In this document: piece after piece, positions 19,762 to 29,060 of the stretch | How the letters are laid out: every line of letters starts with the position of its first letter | Position numbering within the stretch: position 1 is the stretch's first letter | DNA from: Methanobacteriota archaeon | GTDB lineage: Archaea > Thermoplasmatota > Thermoplasmata > SG8-5 > JAGLSY01 | Length of the DNA stretch: 64,000 nt | Direction of reading: 5' to 3' | Assembly (NCBI GenBank): GCA_020697715.1 | Contig: JAEHCO010000002.1 | Coordinates: forward strand, 1 to 64,000 | Position numbers and translations under genes: made by a program | Notes under the pieces: generated by a model | What the model was told of the DNA's origin: nothing | The model's database searches: none | Seen by the model: only the letters and a program-made list of their open reading frames with translations

Positions 19762-20292
19762 TTACTCAAACACTCTGAATCCGAAGTCTTTGTGATGTGT
19801 CATCTCGACAAGAGGTTCATGTCTCTTCTTTGGCTCGTCCATCATCATGTCTTCCATGTGATCCTTTTCCCTCTTCAGAACATCATAATGGCCGTGCTCG
19901 AAATGCGACAGATATTTGAACAATTTCCTGTGTTCCTTGTGTGTCTTGGCCATGTATTTGTAGACCTTGAAAGCATTGTACTCGTTCTCCATAGCGGCTT
20001 CCAGTGCGCGGATAAGATTATCGATGGATTCCACCTTGACAATGGATTCGAAAGGAGGCAGTCCCTCTGGGTATGACCAGTTCTCGTCCCCGAATGTCTC
20101 TCTGTATAGGTCCTGCAACACCCATTTGTGCATATCCTCGTCCTTGGCAATGGATTCGAACTTGTGCCTGACAAGACTGTCTTCATCCATATCACTGACC
20201 AGACCCCTATAGAATTTGGCAGCTTCCTGCTCTGAGAAAATAGAATATCCAATTAGTTCTTTCAATTCAAGATCTTTTAGTTCTTCATACAT
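19762..20292 (-). CDS. Rubrerythrin-like ferritin-family protein (paralog 2)
   Basis: SIFSE, DEDMH, AMENE, FEHGH; clearly homologous to 19102-19638. Confidence 0.85.
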   Translation of the reverse strand: MYEELKDLELKELIGYSIFSEQEAAKFYRGLVSDMDEDSLVRHKFESIAKDEDMHKWVLQDLYRETFGDENWSYPEGLPPFESIVKVESIDNLIRALEAAMENEYNAFKVYKYMAKTHKEHRKLFKYLSHFEHGHYDVLKREKDHMEDMMMDEPKKRHEPLVEMTHHKDFGFRVFE

Positions 20293-20314
20293 GAACCCGA
20301 GTATTAAATGAGAT

Positions 20315-20330
20315 TATTTAAATCTATTTC
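20315..20330 (-). promoter_or_regulatory. BRE/TATA promoter, probably leaderless transcript
   Basis: Same GAAATAGATTTAAATA, 23 nt before the ATG. Confidence 0.7.
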
Positions 20331-20510
20331 CTTATTGATCGTCATTTGATCTATATATAATTCGATATCTCATTTAAAATATATTAAATATATAATTATT
20401 TATATTATTATTGTAAAATTTATAATGGGATTAATCTGACATATTATTCTAACATATTAGTGAATCACTATAAGTAAAATGCAGTGTTTCGTCTACATGA
20501 GGTTATGAAT

Positions 20511-20972
20511 ATGAAGATACCACCTATCGGAGAAAAGATCGATGATTTCGTGCTTGGTGATCAGAATGGAAAAGAGGTCAAGCTCTCGGATCATAGAGGG
20601 AAGAAAGTGCTATTGTCCTTTCATCCACTTGCATGGACTGGCGTATGTGCGAAACAGATGAAGTCTCTTGAAGATAATTTTGACAAGTTCGAGGAATACG
20701 ACACGGTCGCATTCGGGGTAAGTGTGGATTCAGCCCCATCCAAAAAAGCATGGGCTGATGAACTAGGAATTACCAAGACCAGCTTATTAGCGGACTTCTG
20801 GCCCCATGGTGGCCTGGCTGAAAAACTGGGTATTTTCATCGATGAAAAAGGAATTTCTGGCAGGGTGAACATCATAATTGACGAAGAAGGCATACTCAAA
20901 TTCGTCAAGGTCTATGATATTCCTGAACTTCCAGATATCAATGAGATACTCGAAATACTAAAGCCGGTGTGA
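20511..20972 (+). CDS. Peroxiredoxin (AhpC/TSA, AhpE-like)
   Basis: FHPLAWTGVC, SVDS, LLADFWPHG. Confidence 0.9.
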   Translation: MKIPPIGEKIDDFVLGDQNGKEVKLSDHRGKKVLLSFHPLAWTGVCAKQMKSLEDNFDKFEEYDTVAFGVSVDSAPSKKAWADELGITKTSLLADFWPHGGLAEKLGIFIDEKGISGRVNIIIDEEGILKFVKVYDIPELPDINEILEILKPV

Positions 20973-21448
20973 GTGATATCATGCTCTCTATTGGGGAAAA
21001 AGCAATTGACTTCTGCCTTCCTAACCAGTCTGAAGAAGATGTCTGTCTTGAAGATATGAAAGGTAAATGGATAGTTCTATATTTCTATCCTAAGGACAAT
21101 ACGCCCGGCTGCACGCTGGAGGCCATTAATTTTTCAAAGGACCTGGAGGATCTCACAAAGGCCAATACACTGATATATGGCATAAGCGCGGACTCATGCC
21201 AGAGCCATGTGAAGTTCCGAAATAAACATGATATCGCGATCGAGTTATTGAGCGATGCGGATCACGCAGTAATGGAGAAGTACGGTGTGTGGGGGGAGAA
21301 GAAGATGTATGGCAAGACCTTCTTAGGGATCAGCAGGACCACCTTCCTGATAGACCCGGAAGGTGTTGTGAAGCATGTCTGGAAGAAAGTGAGGGTCAAA
21401 GGGCATAGTGAGTCCGTCAAGGAAAAGCTGGCCGAGCTTCAGTCCTGA
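20969..21448 (+). CDS. bcp: Thioredoxin-dependent peroxiredoxin BCP
   Basis: LYFYPKDNTPGCTLEA, LLSD, YGVW.EK.MYGK, RTTFLID. Start may be the ATG at 20981. Confidence 0.93.
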   Translation: MSDIMLSIGEKAIDFCLPNQSEEDVCLEDMKGKWIVLYFYPKDNTPGCTLEAINFSKDLEDLTKANTLIYGISADSCQSHVKFRNKHDIAIELLSDADHAVMEKYGVWGEKKMYGKTFLGISRTTFLIDPEGVVKHVWKKVRVKGHSESVKEKLAELQS

Positions 21449-22368
21449 TCTTTATCCTTGTACACATCCAGCTCGATGTAGATCATCTTGGCTATGGGGA
21501 CTTTCTCCCTTATTTTATTCTCAAGATCATTTATGGCCTCGGCAGCCGCATCCGTTGTCATATGGCTGTCCATTTCCACCTTGGCCGCTACAAGTAATTC
21601 CTCAGGCCCGATATGCTGTGTCCGCATGTGTATGAGGTGATTGACCTGCGGATGTGCTTCTATTGTTTTGCATAGCTTATTCACAGTTTCCTCGGAGGCG
21701 CATTCTCCAAGGAGAAGCGACCGTGTCTCGATAGCAAGTACTATGGCTATCACACCAAGCAATATGCCGATTGCCAAGCTTCCCATCGCATCGTATCTGG
21801 CATCCCCGGTGATCATTGCCAGGCCTATTCCTATCAGAGCGATTATCAGTCCCACAAGTGCTCCAATGTCTTCCAGAAGGACCACTGGTAGCTCCGGTAC
21901 CTTGCTCTTCTTTATGAATTCCCACCATGTTCTTTTTCCTTTCAAAGGGCGGGATTCGATTATCGCGGTTCTGAGGGAGAATGCCTCCAGGACGATCGCC
22001 ACTACCAGAATTAGGATCGCCCATTCTGGTGATTCGAGACCATGATCGCTGGTATGGGAAAGTTTCTCCCAACCTTCATAGATGGCGAACAATGATCCAA
22101 GGGTGAAGATTATCATGGCCACGATGAAGGACCAGAAATATCTCTCTCTGCCAAAACCAAAGGGATGTTCCGATGTCGCTTTCTTCTTTGCCAGCTTCCC
22201 CCCCATAAGCAAAAGACCTTGATTGGAGGTATCTGCTAGGGAATGAACAGCTTCGGCCAGCATTGACGCCGCTCCTGTAAAAACAAATCCAATTATCTTC
22301 GCTATCATTATCCCGAGATTGGCAAAGAAAGCTGCGATTATGGCCTTTCGACCTCCATGCGCTGACAT
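21439..22368 (-). CDS. Cation diffusion facilitator (CDF) transporter
   Basis: AEAVHSLAD, HPFGFGRERY, LLED; start moved to MSAHGG. Confidence 0.92.
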   Translation of the reverse strand: MSAHGGRKAIIAAFFANLGIMIAKIIGFVFTGAASMLAEAVHSLADTSNQGLLLMGGKLAKKKATSEHPFGFGRERYFWSFIVAMIIFTLGSLFAIYEGWEKLSHTSDHGLESPEWAILILVVAIVLEAFSLRTAIIESRPLKGKRTWWEFIKKSKVPELPVVLLEDIGALVGLIIALIGIGLAMITGDARYDAMGSLAIGILLGVIAIVLAIETRSLLLGECASEETVNKLCKTIEAHPQVNHLIHMRTQHIGPEELLVAAKVEMDSHMTTDAAAEAINDLENKIREKVPIAKMIYIELDVYKDKDQD

Positions 22369-22441
22369 CGTCGGTTCATTGATGTATAGGATATATTTTT
22401 TTGCAGTGTTTGCTTTACCTATCTCATATCGAGGTCGAAAT

Positions 22442-22990
22442 ATGATAACATTTGACAAACCCGGGAAAAATAATTCAGAGGAATGTGTAAGACTGGCTGC
22501 CGAAAGAGCAAAAGAGTTGGGATTGAAGGAAGTGGTGGTCGCTACCAATGTCGGCGATACTGCATTTTTGGCCTTGAAATATTTTGAAGGCTTCAAGATA
22601 ATAGCTGTCACTCATCACGCTGGCTTTAAGAAACCCTTTCAATGCGAGATGCATGAGGAGGAAAGAGCCAAGCTGGAGTCAAAAGGCGTGACTGTTCTGA
22701 CCACCAGTCACGCGCTAAGCGGCGCGGAAAGATCCATAAGGAAAAAGTATCAGGGCATCTACCCGCTGGAAATAATCGCTGACACTCTTCGATTATTCGG
22801 CCAGGGAACAAAGGTATGTGTCGAGATAGCCATCATGGCGGCTGATGCAGGATTGCTAAGCGGCAAGGAGATAATGACCCTTGGCGGAACTGGAAAGGGA
22901 GCGGATACCGCAATCGTACTTAGTCCAGTAAATCAAAGGGATCTCTTGGACTTAAAGATACATGAGATAGTATGCAAACCCCGATTATGA
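22442..22990 (+). CDS. Pyruvate kinase C-terminal-like (MTH1675-type) protein
   Basis: F.KPG..N, VTHHAGF, HALSGAERS, FGQGTKVCVEI, ADAG, GGTGKGADTA. Confidence 0.85.
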   Translation: MITFDKPGKNNSEECVRLAAERAKELGLKEVVVATNVGDTAFLALKYFEGFKIIAVTHHAGFKKPFQCEMHEEERAKLESKGVTVLTTSHALSGAERSIRKKYQGIYPLEIIADTLRLFGQGTKVCVEIAIMAADAGLLSGKEIMTLGGTGKGADTAIVLSPVNQRDLLDLKIHEIVCKPRL

Positions 22991-23064
22991 TGTTCCAAAA
23001 TATTGAATGGAACATCTAATATTAGCTCATCCAAAACACTTAGCACGTATGTATATTTGAGTCA

Positions 23065-23586
23065 CTACCATTCGACAATATACTCGCAGTGATCGTCGCC
23101 ACTAACCTGGCACTTTGTTTGAGTGACAGTGCCTTTTGTCTTTGTCAATTCCAGCATCGCTTCCAACACGCCGATCCAGCCCTGGCAGTTCTCTTCCACT
23201 TCACTGACATCCTTCATCTTCGCAATGGCCTTATTTTCGGATATCTCAATATCTATTTTTCCGAACTTGTAAAGCTCTTTGAACCTTTCCTCCGCCTTGT
23301 GAAGCATGGTGTCCATACTAACGAATCTCACCATATAAGCGAATAGGCCAAGGTTCTTTGTTGTGTATTTTCCAGCCTGCTTGACCCTTTCCATGCCATG
23401 ATTGGCCGATATCCATTGGAGTATCCTTACCATGATCTCATTGCTATAAAAGTTCGAATCTGAGATATTTATGTCCACAATACCACTTTCTTTCCTGGCT
23501 TGTTCTTCTCCATCCTTTCCCCAGGTCTTTTTTATGAATCCCAAATATCTATTGATAACATTTCCACGGATCTTTCTCTCTGACAC
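23065..23586 (-). CDS. V4R/H-NOX-like fold hypothetical protein
   Basis: N-terminal KIRG....LGFI..TWG; C-terminal C.GW.G......KCQVSGDDHCEYIVEW resembles the V4R Cys pattern. Confidence 0.6.
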   Translation of the reverse strand: MSERKIRGNVINRYLGFIKKTWGKDGEEQARKESGIVDINISDSNFYSNEIMVRILQWISANHGMERVKQAGKYTTKNLGLFAYMVRFVSMDTMLHKAEERFKELYKFGKIDIEISENKAIAKMKDVSEVEENCQGWIGVLEAMLELTKTKGTVTQTKCQVSGDDHCEYIVEW

Positions 23587-23721
23587 AAGAAATAGTATGA
23601 GCTTTTTCTAATATAATGTTTTCCATTATCTATATTTAAGTATTATGGAATGATCAATTCAATATATCGCATACTTTCATTTTATTTCATATTGAATGGA
23701 TAAAGGTCTGATAGAAAGATG

Positions 23722-23797
23722 TGGCGCCCCGGGCGGAATTTGAATCCGCGTCGGAGCCTCGACAGGGCTCCATGATAGGCCACTACACTACCGGGGC
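23722..23797 (-). tRNA. tRNA-Asp(GTC), CCA encoded
   Basis: GCCCCGG TA GTG TAGTGGCCTAT CAT G GAGCC CTGTCGA GGCTC CGAC GCGGA TTCAAAT TCCGC CCGGGGC G CCA folds as a cloverleaf. Confidence 0.97.
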
Positions 23798-23920
23798 GAA
23801 TGGTATTATTGTTCTTTCACAGCCACGGGAGTGTAGTGAAGCTCATCCGAAGGGCCATTTATGAGCCGAGGTGAGGTTAAAACACTACCGGGGCGAATGA
23901 TATTATTGTGATATTATTGT
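23785..23920. repeat. Direct and inverted copies of the tRNA-Asp 5' end in its leader
   Basis: 28-nt direct repeat 23785-23812 vs 23882-23909 (1 mismatch); inverted copy GCCACGGGAGTGTAGTG at 23822-23838 (15/17 match to the tRNA 5' end). Confidence 0.85.
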
Positions 23921-24104
23921 TCCAGCATATGATATTTTTATATTGCCAGATGAACCCGAAAGTGCAACTTGTTTTTAAGGCTTTTGCTTCCCACCCCTAT
24001 TTTTCCGCTCATCTGCAATATACCGTAAGCTTATTTCATAACAATATTTCATGTTTTTGGGCAAATTCCTTATATTCACAATCCTTCATTGATGAGGAGG
24101 GAAC

Positions 24105-25319
24105 ATGAAATTATCGGATCTGACTGTCAATGAAAGGATATTGCTCCATTTGCGAGATTACATGGGAAACACCGATACCACATCGGCATCCATGGGCCAG
24201 ACCCAGGCTGGAATAAGCGAAGGGATCGATATCAGGATCAATCATATCCCAAGGGCGGTCAAGAAATTATTGGATGATAATTATGTGAATGAATATCTCG
24301 CACATGTGAGTGGACTGAAGAGAAAAAGGAAGGTCTACTATCTCAATGAGGCAGGCGTGAAAAAGGCTAGCCAGATGTTGGATGAGATCAAAGATCAGGA
24401 GATATCTTTGACCTTCAAAGATGGTCAGACCTCCCAGATAAAGATATCCGATATCTCTCTCACGATAAAGACAGAGGCCACGCTTCCACAATTGATACTT
24501 CATGCATTTTCCCATGGCTCCATATATGAGTCAAAACTGGGCTCGGATCATAGCAATGAAACATCATATGTCTCCAATCTATCCACGATACCCGATACTC
24601 CCGATATGATAGGCCGATCTGAACAACAGGACTGGCTTGGTTCATTCATAGATGGTGGGCGTAATGTGACCATCATCAGCGGCATAAAGGCCGTGGGCAA
24701 GACCACTCTTGTGAGAAAGACCCTTGATGATTATGAGGGAAACCGGAACATACTCTGGTTCACGGCTAATGAATGGGATAATGTCCGAACCTTCATGGAG
24801 GCCATGTCCGACCTTCTATCCCGTGTCGATCGTGGAGAGGTGAGGCGGATGCTTAGGAGCTCCAGGGATATCGACCCAACTCTTGCTTTCCCCCCCTTCC
24901 TAAAGGACGTTCTTGGTTTGGATCCCATCATCGTCATTGACAATATCTTCAATCTCCAGAAAGAGCTCATGCACTTGATCATGATGATAATGAGCGATGC
25001 CTCTAAATTTGATTCAACACACTTTATTCTGATCACCCGGGATATCGAGACCTTGAAAGCTGGCCTGACCAGGAACATGGATAGATTCACACTTGAAGGT
25101 CTAACGCCCATTGAAGTAAAATCTATGATATCATCCAATGGCCTGGAGATATCTGATGAAGATCTGGATATCATATACAGTATAACCAATGGGCATCCAA
25201 TGGCCATTGATCTCATCGTATCCGAGCTCGCGGAGGCAAGTTTTGATACCAAAGGCCTTACGCACAAAGAACTACTGATGGTCAAGTGCCTCAAAGCCTT
25301 TGACTCCATTTTCCAGTGA
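24105..25319 (+). CDS. wHTH + P-loop NTPase (STAND-like) regulator lacking a C-terminal sensor
   Basis: TQAGISEGI...VYYL wHTH; GR.EQ, Walker A GIKAVGKTT, Walker B IIVIDN, ILITR, T.GHPMAI (GxP). Confidence 0.75.
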   Translation: MKLSDLTVNERILLHLRDYMGNTDTTSASMGQTQAGISEGIDIRINHIPRAVKKLLDDNYVNEYLAHVSGLKRKRKVYYLNEAGVKKASQMLDEIKDQEISLTFKDGQTSQIKISDISLTIKTEATLPQLILHAFSHGSIYESKLGSDHSNETSYVSNLSTIPDTPDMIGRSEQQDWLGSFIDGGRNVTIISGIKAVGKTTLVRKTLDDYEGNRNILWFTANEWDNVRTFMEAMSDLLSRVDRGEVRRMLRSSRDIDPTLAFPPFLKDVLGLDPIIVIDNIFNLQKELMHLIMMIMSDASKFDSTHFILITRDIETLKAGLTRNMDRFTLEGLTPIEVKSMISSNGLEISDEDLDIIYSITNGHPMAIDLIVSELAEASFDTKGLTHKELLMVKCLKAFDSIFQ

Positions 25320-25386
25320 GTTCATTTTGATATTAAATTATCTTATATCCTAATTGATGAAAAAACAAAACTATAAATTGAAAAGG

Positions 25387-25422
25387 GAGGAAGAGAGATT
25401 ATCTCTTCCTCATTCATTTTTT
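25387..25422. terminator. Bidirectional hairpin terminator
   Basis: GAGGAAGAGA..TCTCTTCCTC flanked by A and T tracts between convergent genes. Confidence 0.7.
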
Positions 25423-25429
25423 GTAGGAT

Positions 25430-28400
25430 CTACTTCCTCTTCTTTTTGTCACCAGTTTTTGGCTCGGATCCCTTCCTGTTCATGATGAATTTAGTTCCGA
25501 CGAAGGCACCGATTCCACCAAGCACGACAACCGCAATTATGATGTATATCAGAATATCTGATTCCTCAACTGTGTAAGTTGAGTATTCAAAGAAGCCGAT
25601 ATTGTTGTTGTCTGTGTATTGTGATACATGCTCGCTGTCTGTTGTGACATTTGCCCAGATGGTGTATGTTCCCTTATTAGCTGGTTTCCAGGCTATGCTT
25701 GCTGTTGCGATCTCACCTGGTGCTATTGTGGTAACTGAGACACCGTCGATCTTCAGGGAAGCTGTTCCGCTGATCTTTGTGTCAACTCCATCAGAGTCCC
25801 TTATGTAGAAATCAACAGCAACATTGGTGGCATTGAGCGCACCGTTATTGGTTATGTTCACGGTGATGGTTGTTGTATCTCCTTTTGTTCCGGTCTCTGG
25901 GTCGAAGTTGAAGGTTGCGGCCATCAGAAGTAGGTTCGCGCTCTCGCCGATCCTCACGTTGACAACCCTTACGAGATCATTGCTGTTTCCAGCAGAGTCT
26001 GTTGCTGTAAGGGTGACGTTCACATCACCGATCTCATCAAAGGTCGTGCTGACCCATGAGCCATTTGCATCCTCAACACCATCGTCATCAAAGTCCCATG
26101 AGAATACGAGGTTCTCAAAGTCATCTGCGTCTGATGTTTCATTTGCACTGAAATAGACCATCGTGTTCTGGACAGCATCGTTGACCTCTGTAGAGTCTTC
26201 ATCGAACATCAGAATGTTCATGATCAATGGTGCGGCGGTATCCTGCACTATGACATCAAGTTCTGCTGCTACACTCTCATGACCTACAACATCTGTTGTC
26301 GTCATCTGAATGGTGTATGTACCTGGTGTGCTGTAGACCTTGTCTATGGAGTTATCTTCATTCATGGTTATGGTCTCATTGACGCTGTCGTCACCCCATA
26401 CCCAGAACCAGCTCTCTATCACACCGAGCTTGTCCCCTGCTTTGACATCGTCGTATGATGTCAAACCATCGAAAGTGATCGTCCTACCCTGATTCACTGT
26501 TAGGGTTGTTCCTGTAAGTGTGACATTGTCATCGGTTGTGTTGACGCTGATCTCAGATACTGGAGCTGTTCCATCTGCTTTCACATTGAAAGGAACGTTT
26601 GTTGTGTCTCCACCGGTCTCGACGATGCTGAGTGTGACATCATAGTCGTCTGCTGCTGTGTAGTTGTATACAGTGGTCATACCGTAGGCCATGTCCCCAT
26701 TTCCGAAGTCCCATGTAAAGTTAGCTGCTTCAATGTCTCCTACTGGGTCTGTTGAATCCTCTGCTGTGAATGTTACTTCTGTGCTGACACCATCCTGTGG
26801 TGCGCTGACTATAACATCATATCCATCTGCACTTGAGTTCAGCTCATAGAAAAGACCGCCTGAAACAAATGCTACTGCGGTTCCAGCTTCAGATGATTCC
26901 AGTGTCAATACTATCTCTTCAAGCAGTTCAACTGATCCTGCTGTGTCAATTGTTATTGGATCATTGTATCCTGTCAACTCCACATCAGTTGTCTCGGTCT
27001 CACCAGATGTCATCTCAAAGCCTTCTGGAAGGTATATCTCATATACTCTGTCCATTGTCTCTGAATCATAGGCTGCACCGAAGAAAAGTGTGTGTCCTAC
27101 AGAGTCATCTGCAAGAAGTGTGCTATCAGATATTGTGTAGTTGTATGTCTTGTTTATGTAAATTATACCGGATGCTGTGGTGATATCTTCACCATCTGCT
27201 CCCTCTATACTTACAGAGAATGTATCATCGTTGATATCATAGTATATGCCATCGATGGTGAAGGTCTGCATTGTGTCCTTGCTGCCTATTCCCTTGTTCT
27301 CAAGGTAGGTCTGCCAGCTGTCTATCTCTCCACTGTCGAGGATCCAGTCGTTCACATGAAGGCCAAGTGGTTCCATTCCCCACTTGCGGTCTGCATTTGA
27401 CCTGAGTGTGACATTGTCAACCTCTGTCATTATTGTCTCCATGACATCGACATTTCCCCAGTCATCGAAGGTGTATGTTATTTTTGTGGTGTCGACACCT
27501 GCTGGTGCAAGTTCCACCTGCTGCCTGACATCACCGGTCAATGCTGGAATGTCAATGGCATCTGCCTGATATCCATCTGCATCAACGACCAGTACATAAT
27601 TTGAGATATTGTGGACCATGAATTCGTAGTATCCGTCTGTTGTCGTGGTCGTCATGTCTGTGTAGAGTTCTGTGGTGTCGTATAATGCGACATCAGCTCC
27701 CTCTATCCAGTTGTTTGAGACTGCATCTGTGACGTATCCAGAAAGCATGTGTTGTGAATCGATCGCTGTAAGATCGATGTTCACATATGCTGTGGTCTTG
27801 TCAATTGCAGCTCCATAAACTTCTGTAAAGAAACCATCCTGCTCTACTACAAGTGTGAAAGATGAGTCATAGTGGGTGATATTGTAATCTCCACCAACTG
27901 TTGTTACAGAGTTAATGTATGTTCCATCTGCATTGTAGAGGTAGACAGTTGCTTCCTCTGCTACACCGTTATTGATGGTTCCATTCAACCAGAAGTTCTC
28001 TGGTGCGTTCTCTGTCATCATTATGTCCCACTGTTCTGTATCTGTGGTGACTGTGAGCCAGCCAACACTCTCATAGGTGAGCCACCCTTCGCATGTTGCT
28101 TTCACAGTGAATGTTCCAGGGTAGACGAGCATCTCGTATTTTCCATTTGCATTGGTAATATCAGATATCCATTTGTCATCACCAGTTGATACGGAAACAA
28201 GTGCACCCTCTACATATTCATCTGCATCCTCAACAATACCCCAAACTAAAATTGATGGCTCTGGATCGATCTTCTCCATATTGACTACGATATCATCGAC
28301 ATTACCTGTTACGGTGATCGAGTCTGCAAGGTAGTAATATCCGAATTTCTCATATGTGATCTCAATGTCGCCATTGTTCACGAATTGTGAGAATTCACCA

Positions 28401-28912
28401 TTCATTCCAGTCGAGGTCTCATATATGATACCCATTGAATCAACTATGGTCACATCCACTTCGTACAATGGAAGTTCTGTTCCATCGATCATGACCATTC
28501 CACTGACCATTGGCTTTGGAACGAGAAGTTTATCGTAATTGGATACGCCATTTGAAAAACTAGCGCTTGTAACAACGCCACTGGCTGAATAATATCCTAT
28601 CTTTGAGAAGTAAATGTCGAAGTCGACAGTCTCATCATCAACAGAAATATTGAAATGTCCATTGCTACCTGTTTCTATTGTCTTGTTGATAGCACCATTA
28701 TCGACAGTAACAGTTACCTTGTTTATGAAATCATTTGTTACATCATCTATCAATGTTCCAGTGATGTAGTATATATCCCCATCTGCGCCAGATACATTAT
28801 TGGCTGGGAACACAGCAATCACTGTGGCTACCATCGCAAAGGCCATCAAGAAGGCCATTGTTTTTCCTGCTTTACCGCTTAGCATTTTATCACTTATCCA
28901 TTTATGTTTCAA
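25430..28912 (-). CDS. Cell-surface protein with carboxypeptidase-regulatory-like repeats, PKD domains, CARDB and a C-terminal TM
   Basis: Signal peptide; repeated T..NG.F/Y..GY modules; WDFGNG, WVWGD and WDFDDDG PKD motifs; GTYTIWA; TM plus KKKRK. Confidence 0.8.
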   Translation of the reverse strand: MKHKWISDKMLSGKAGKTMAFLMAFAMVATVIAVFPANNVSGADGDIYYITGTLIDDVTNDFINKVTVTVDNGAINKTIETGSNGHFNISVDDETVDFDIYFSKIGYYSASGVVTSASFSNGVSNYDKLLVPKPMVSGMVMIDGTELPLYEVDVTIVDSMGIIYETSTGMNGEFSQFVNNGDIEITYEKFGYYYLADSITVTGNVDDIVVNMEKIDPEPSILVWGIVEDADEYVEGALVSVSTGDDKWISDITNANGKYEMLVYPGTFTVKATCEGWLTYESVGWLTVTTDTEQWDIMMTENAPENFWLNGTINNGVAEEATVYLYNADGTYINSVTTVGGDYNITHYDSSFTLVVEQDGFFTEVYGAAIDKTTAYVNIDLTAIDSQHMLSGYVTDAVSNNWIEGADVALYDTTELYTDMTTTTTDGYYEFMVHNISNYVLVVDADGYQADAIDIPALTGDVRQQVELAPAGVDTTKITYTFDDWGNVDVMETIMTEVDNVTLRSNADRKWGMEPLGLHVNDWILDSGEIDSWQTYLENKGIGSKDTMQTFTIDGIYYDINDDTFSVSIEGADGEDITTASGIIYINKTYNYTISDSTLLADDSVGHTLFFGAAYDSETMDRVYEIYLPEGFEMTSGETETTDVELTGYNDPITIDTAGSVELLEEIVLTLESSEAGTAVAFVSGGLFYELNSSADGYDVIVSAPQDGVSTEVTFTAEDSTDPVGDIEAANFTWDFGNGDMAYGMTTVYNYTAADDYDVTLSIVETGGDTTNVPFNVKADGTAPVSEISVNTTDDNVTLTGTTLTVNQGRTITFDGLTSYDDVKAGDKLGVIESWFWVWGDDSVNETITMNEDNSIDKVYSTPGTYTIQMTTTDVVGHESVAAELDVIVQDTAAPLIMNILMFDEDSTEVNDAVQNTMVYFSANETSDADDFENLVFSWDFDDDGVEDANGSWVSTTFDEIGDVNVTLTATDSAGNSNDLVRVVNVRIGESANLLLMAATFNFDPETGTKGDTTTITVNITNNGALNATNVAVDFYIRDSDGVDTKISGTASLKIDGVSVTTIAPGEIATASIAWKPANKGTYTIWANVTTDSEHVSQYTDNNNIGFFEYSTYTVEESDILIYIIIAVVVLGGIGAFVGTKFIMNRKGSEPKTGDKKKRK

Positions 28913-29013
28913 AACCCCTTAAATTGAGAGGCTGAGAGTGCCGAAAGTCCTTTTCGTATATAATAATAATGGTTAATTTACTATATATTAGATAAAAATA
29001 AATAAAGAGGTAT

Positions 29014-29034
29014 GGCTAGACATAATGCCTAGCC
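29014..29034 (-). terminator. Hairpin terminator of the HMG-CoA reductase gene
   Basis: GGCTAG..CTAGCC followed by a T-rich tract on the minus strand. Confidence 0.55.
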
Positions 29035-29060
29035 TTTTTCACTCTGGGGTATGAATTATT

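Noticed and set aside
10257-21448. Selenocysteine or pyrrolysine read-through in the redox genes
   Set aside because: All genes end at expected family lengths, and catalytic positions are ordinary Cys.
21439-22990. Apparent long overlap between the CDF and MTH1675-like ORFs
   Set aside because: Artefact of longest-ORF starts; the likely starts (22368 and 22442) are divergent and do not overlap.
23822-23895. Second functional tRNA on the plus strand
   Set aside because: Acceptor and D arms are plausible, but the anticodon and T arms do not pair.
23785-23909. 28-nt direct repeat as a mini-CRISPR array or attL/attR pair
   Set aside because: Only two copies with a 69-nt spacer, no cas or integrase gene, and the repeat derives from the tRNA 5' end rather than the 3' end.
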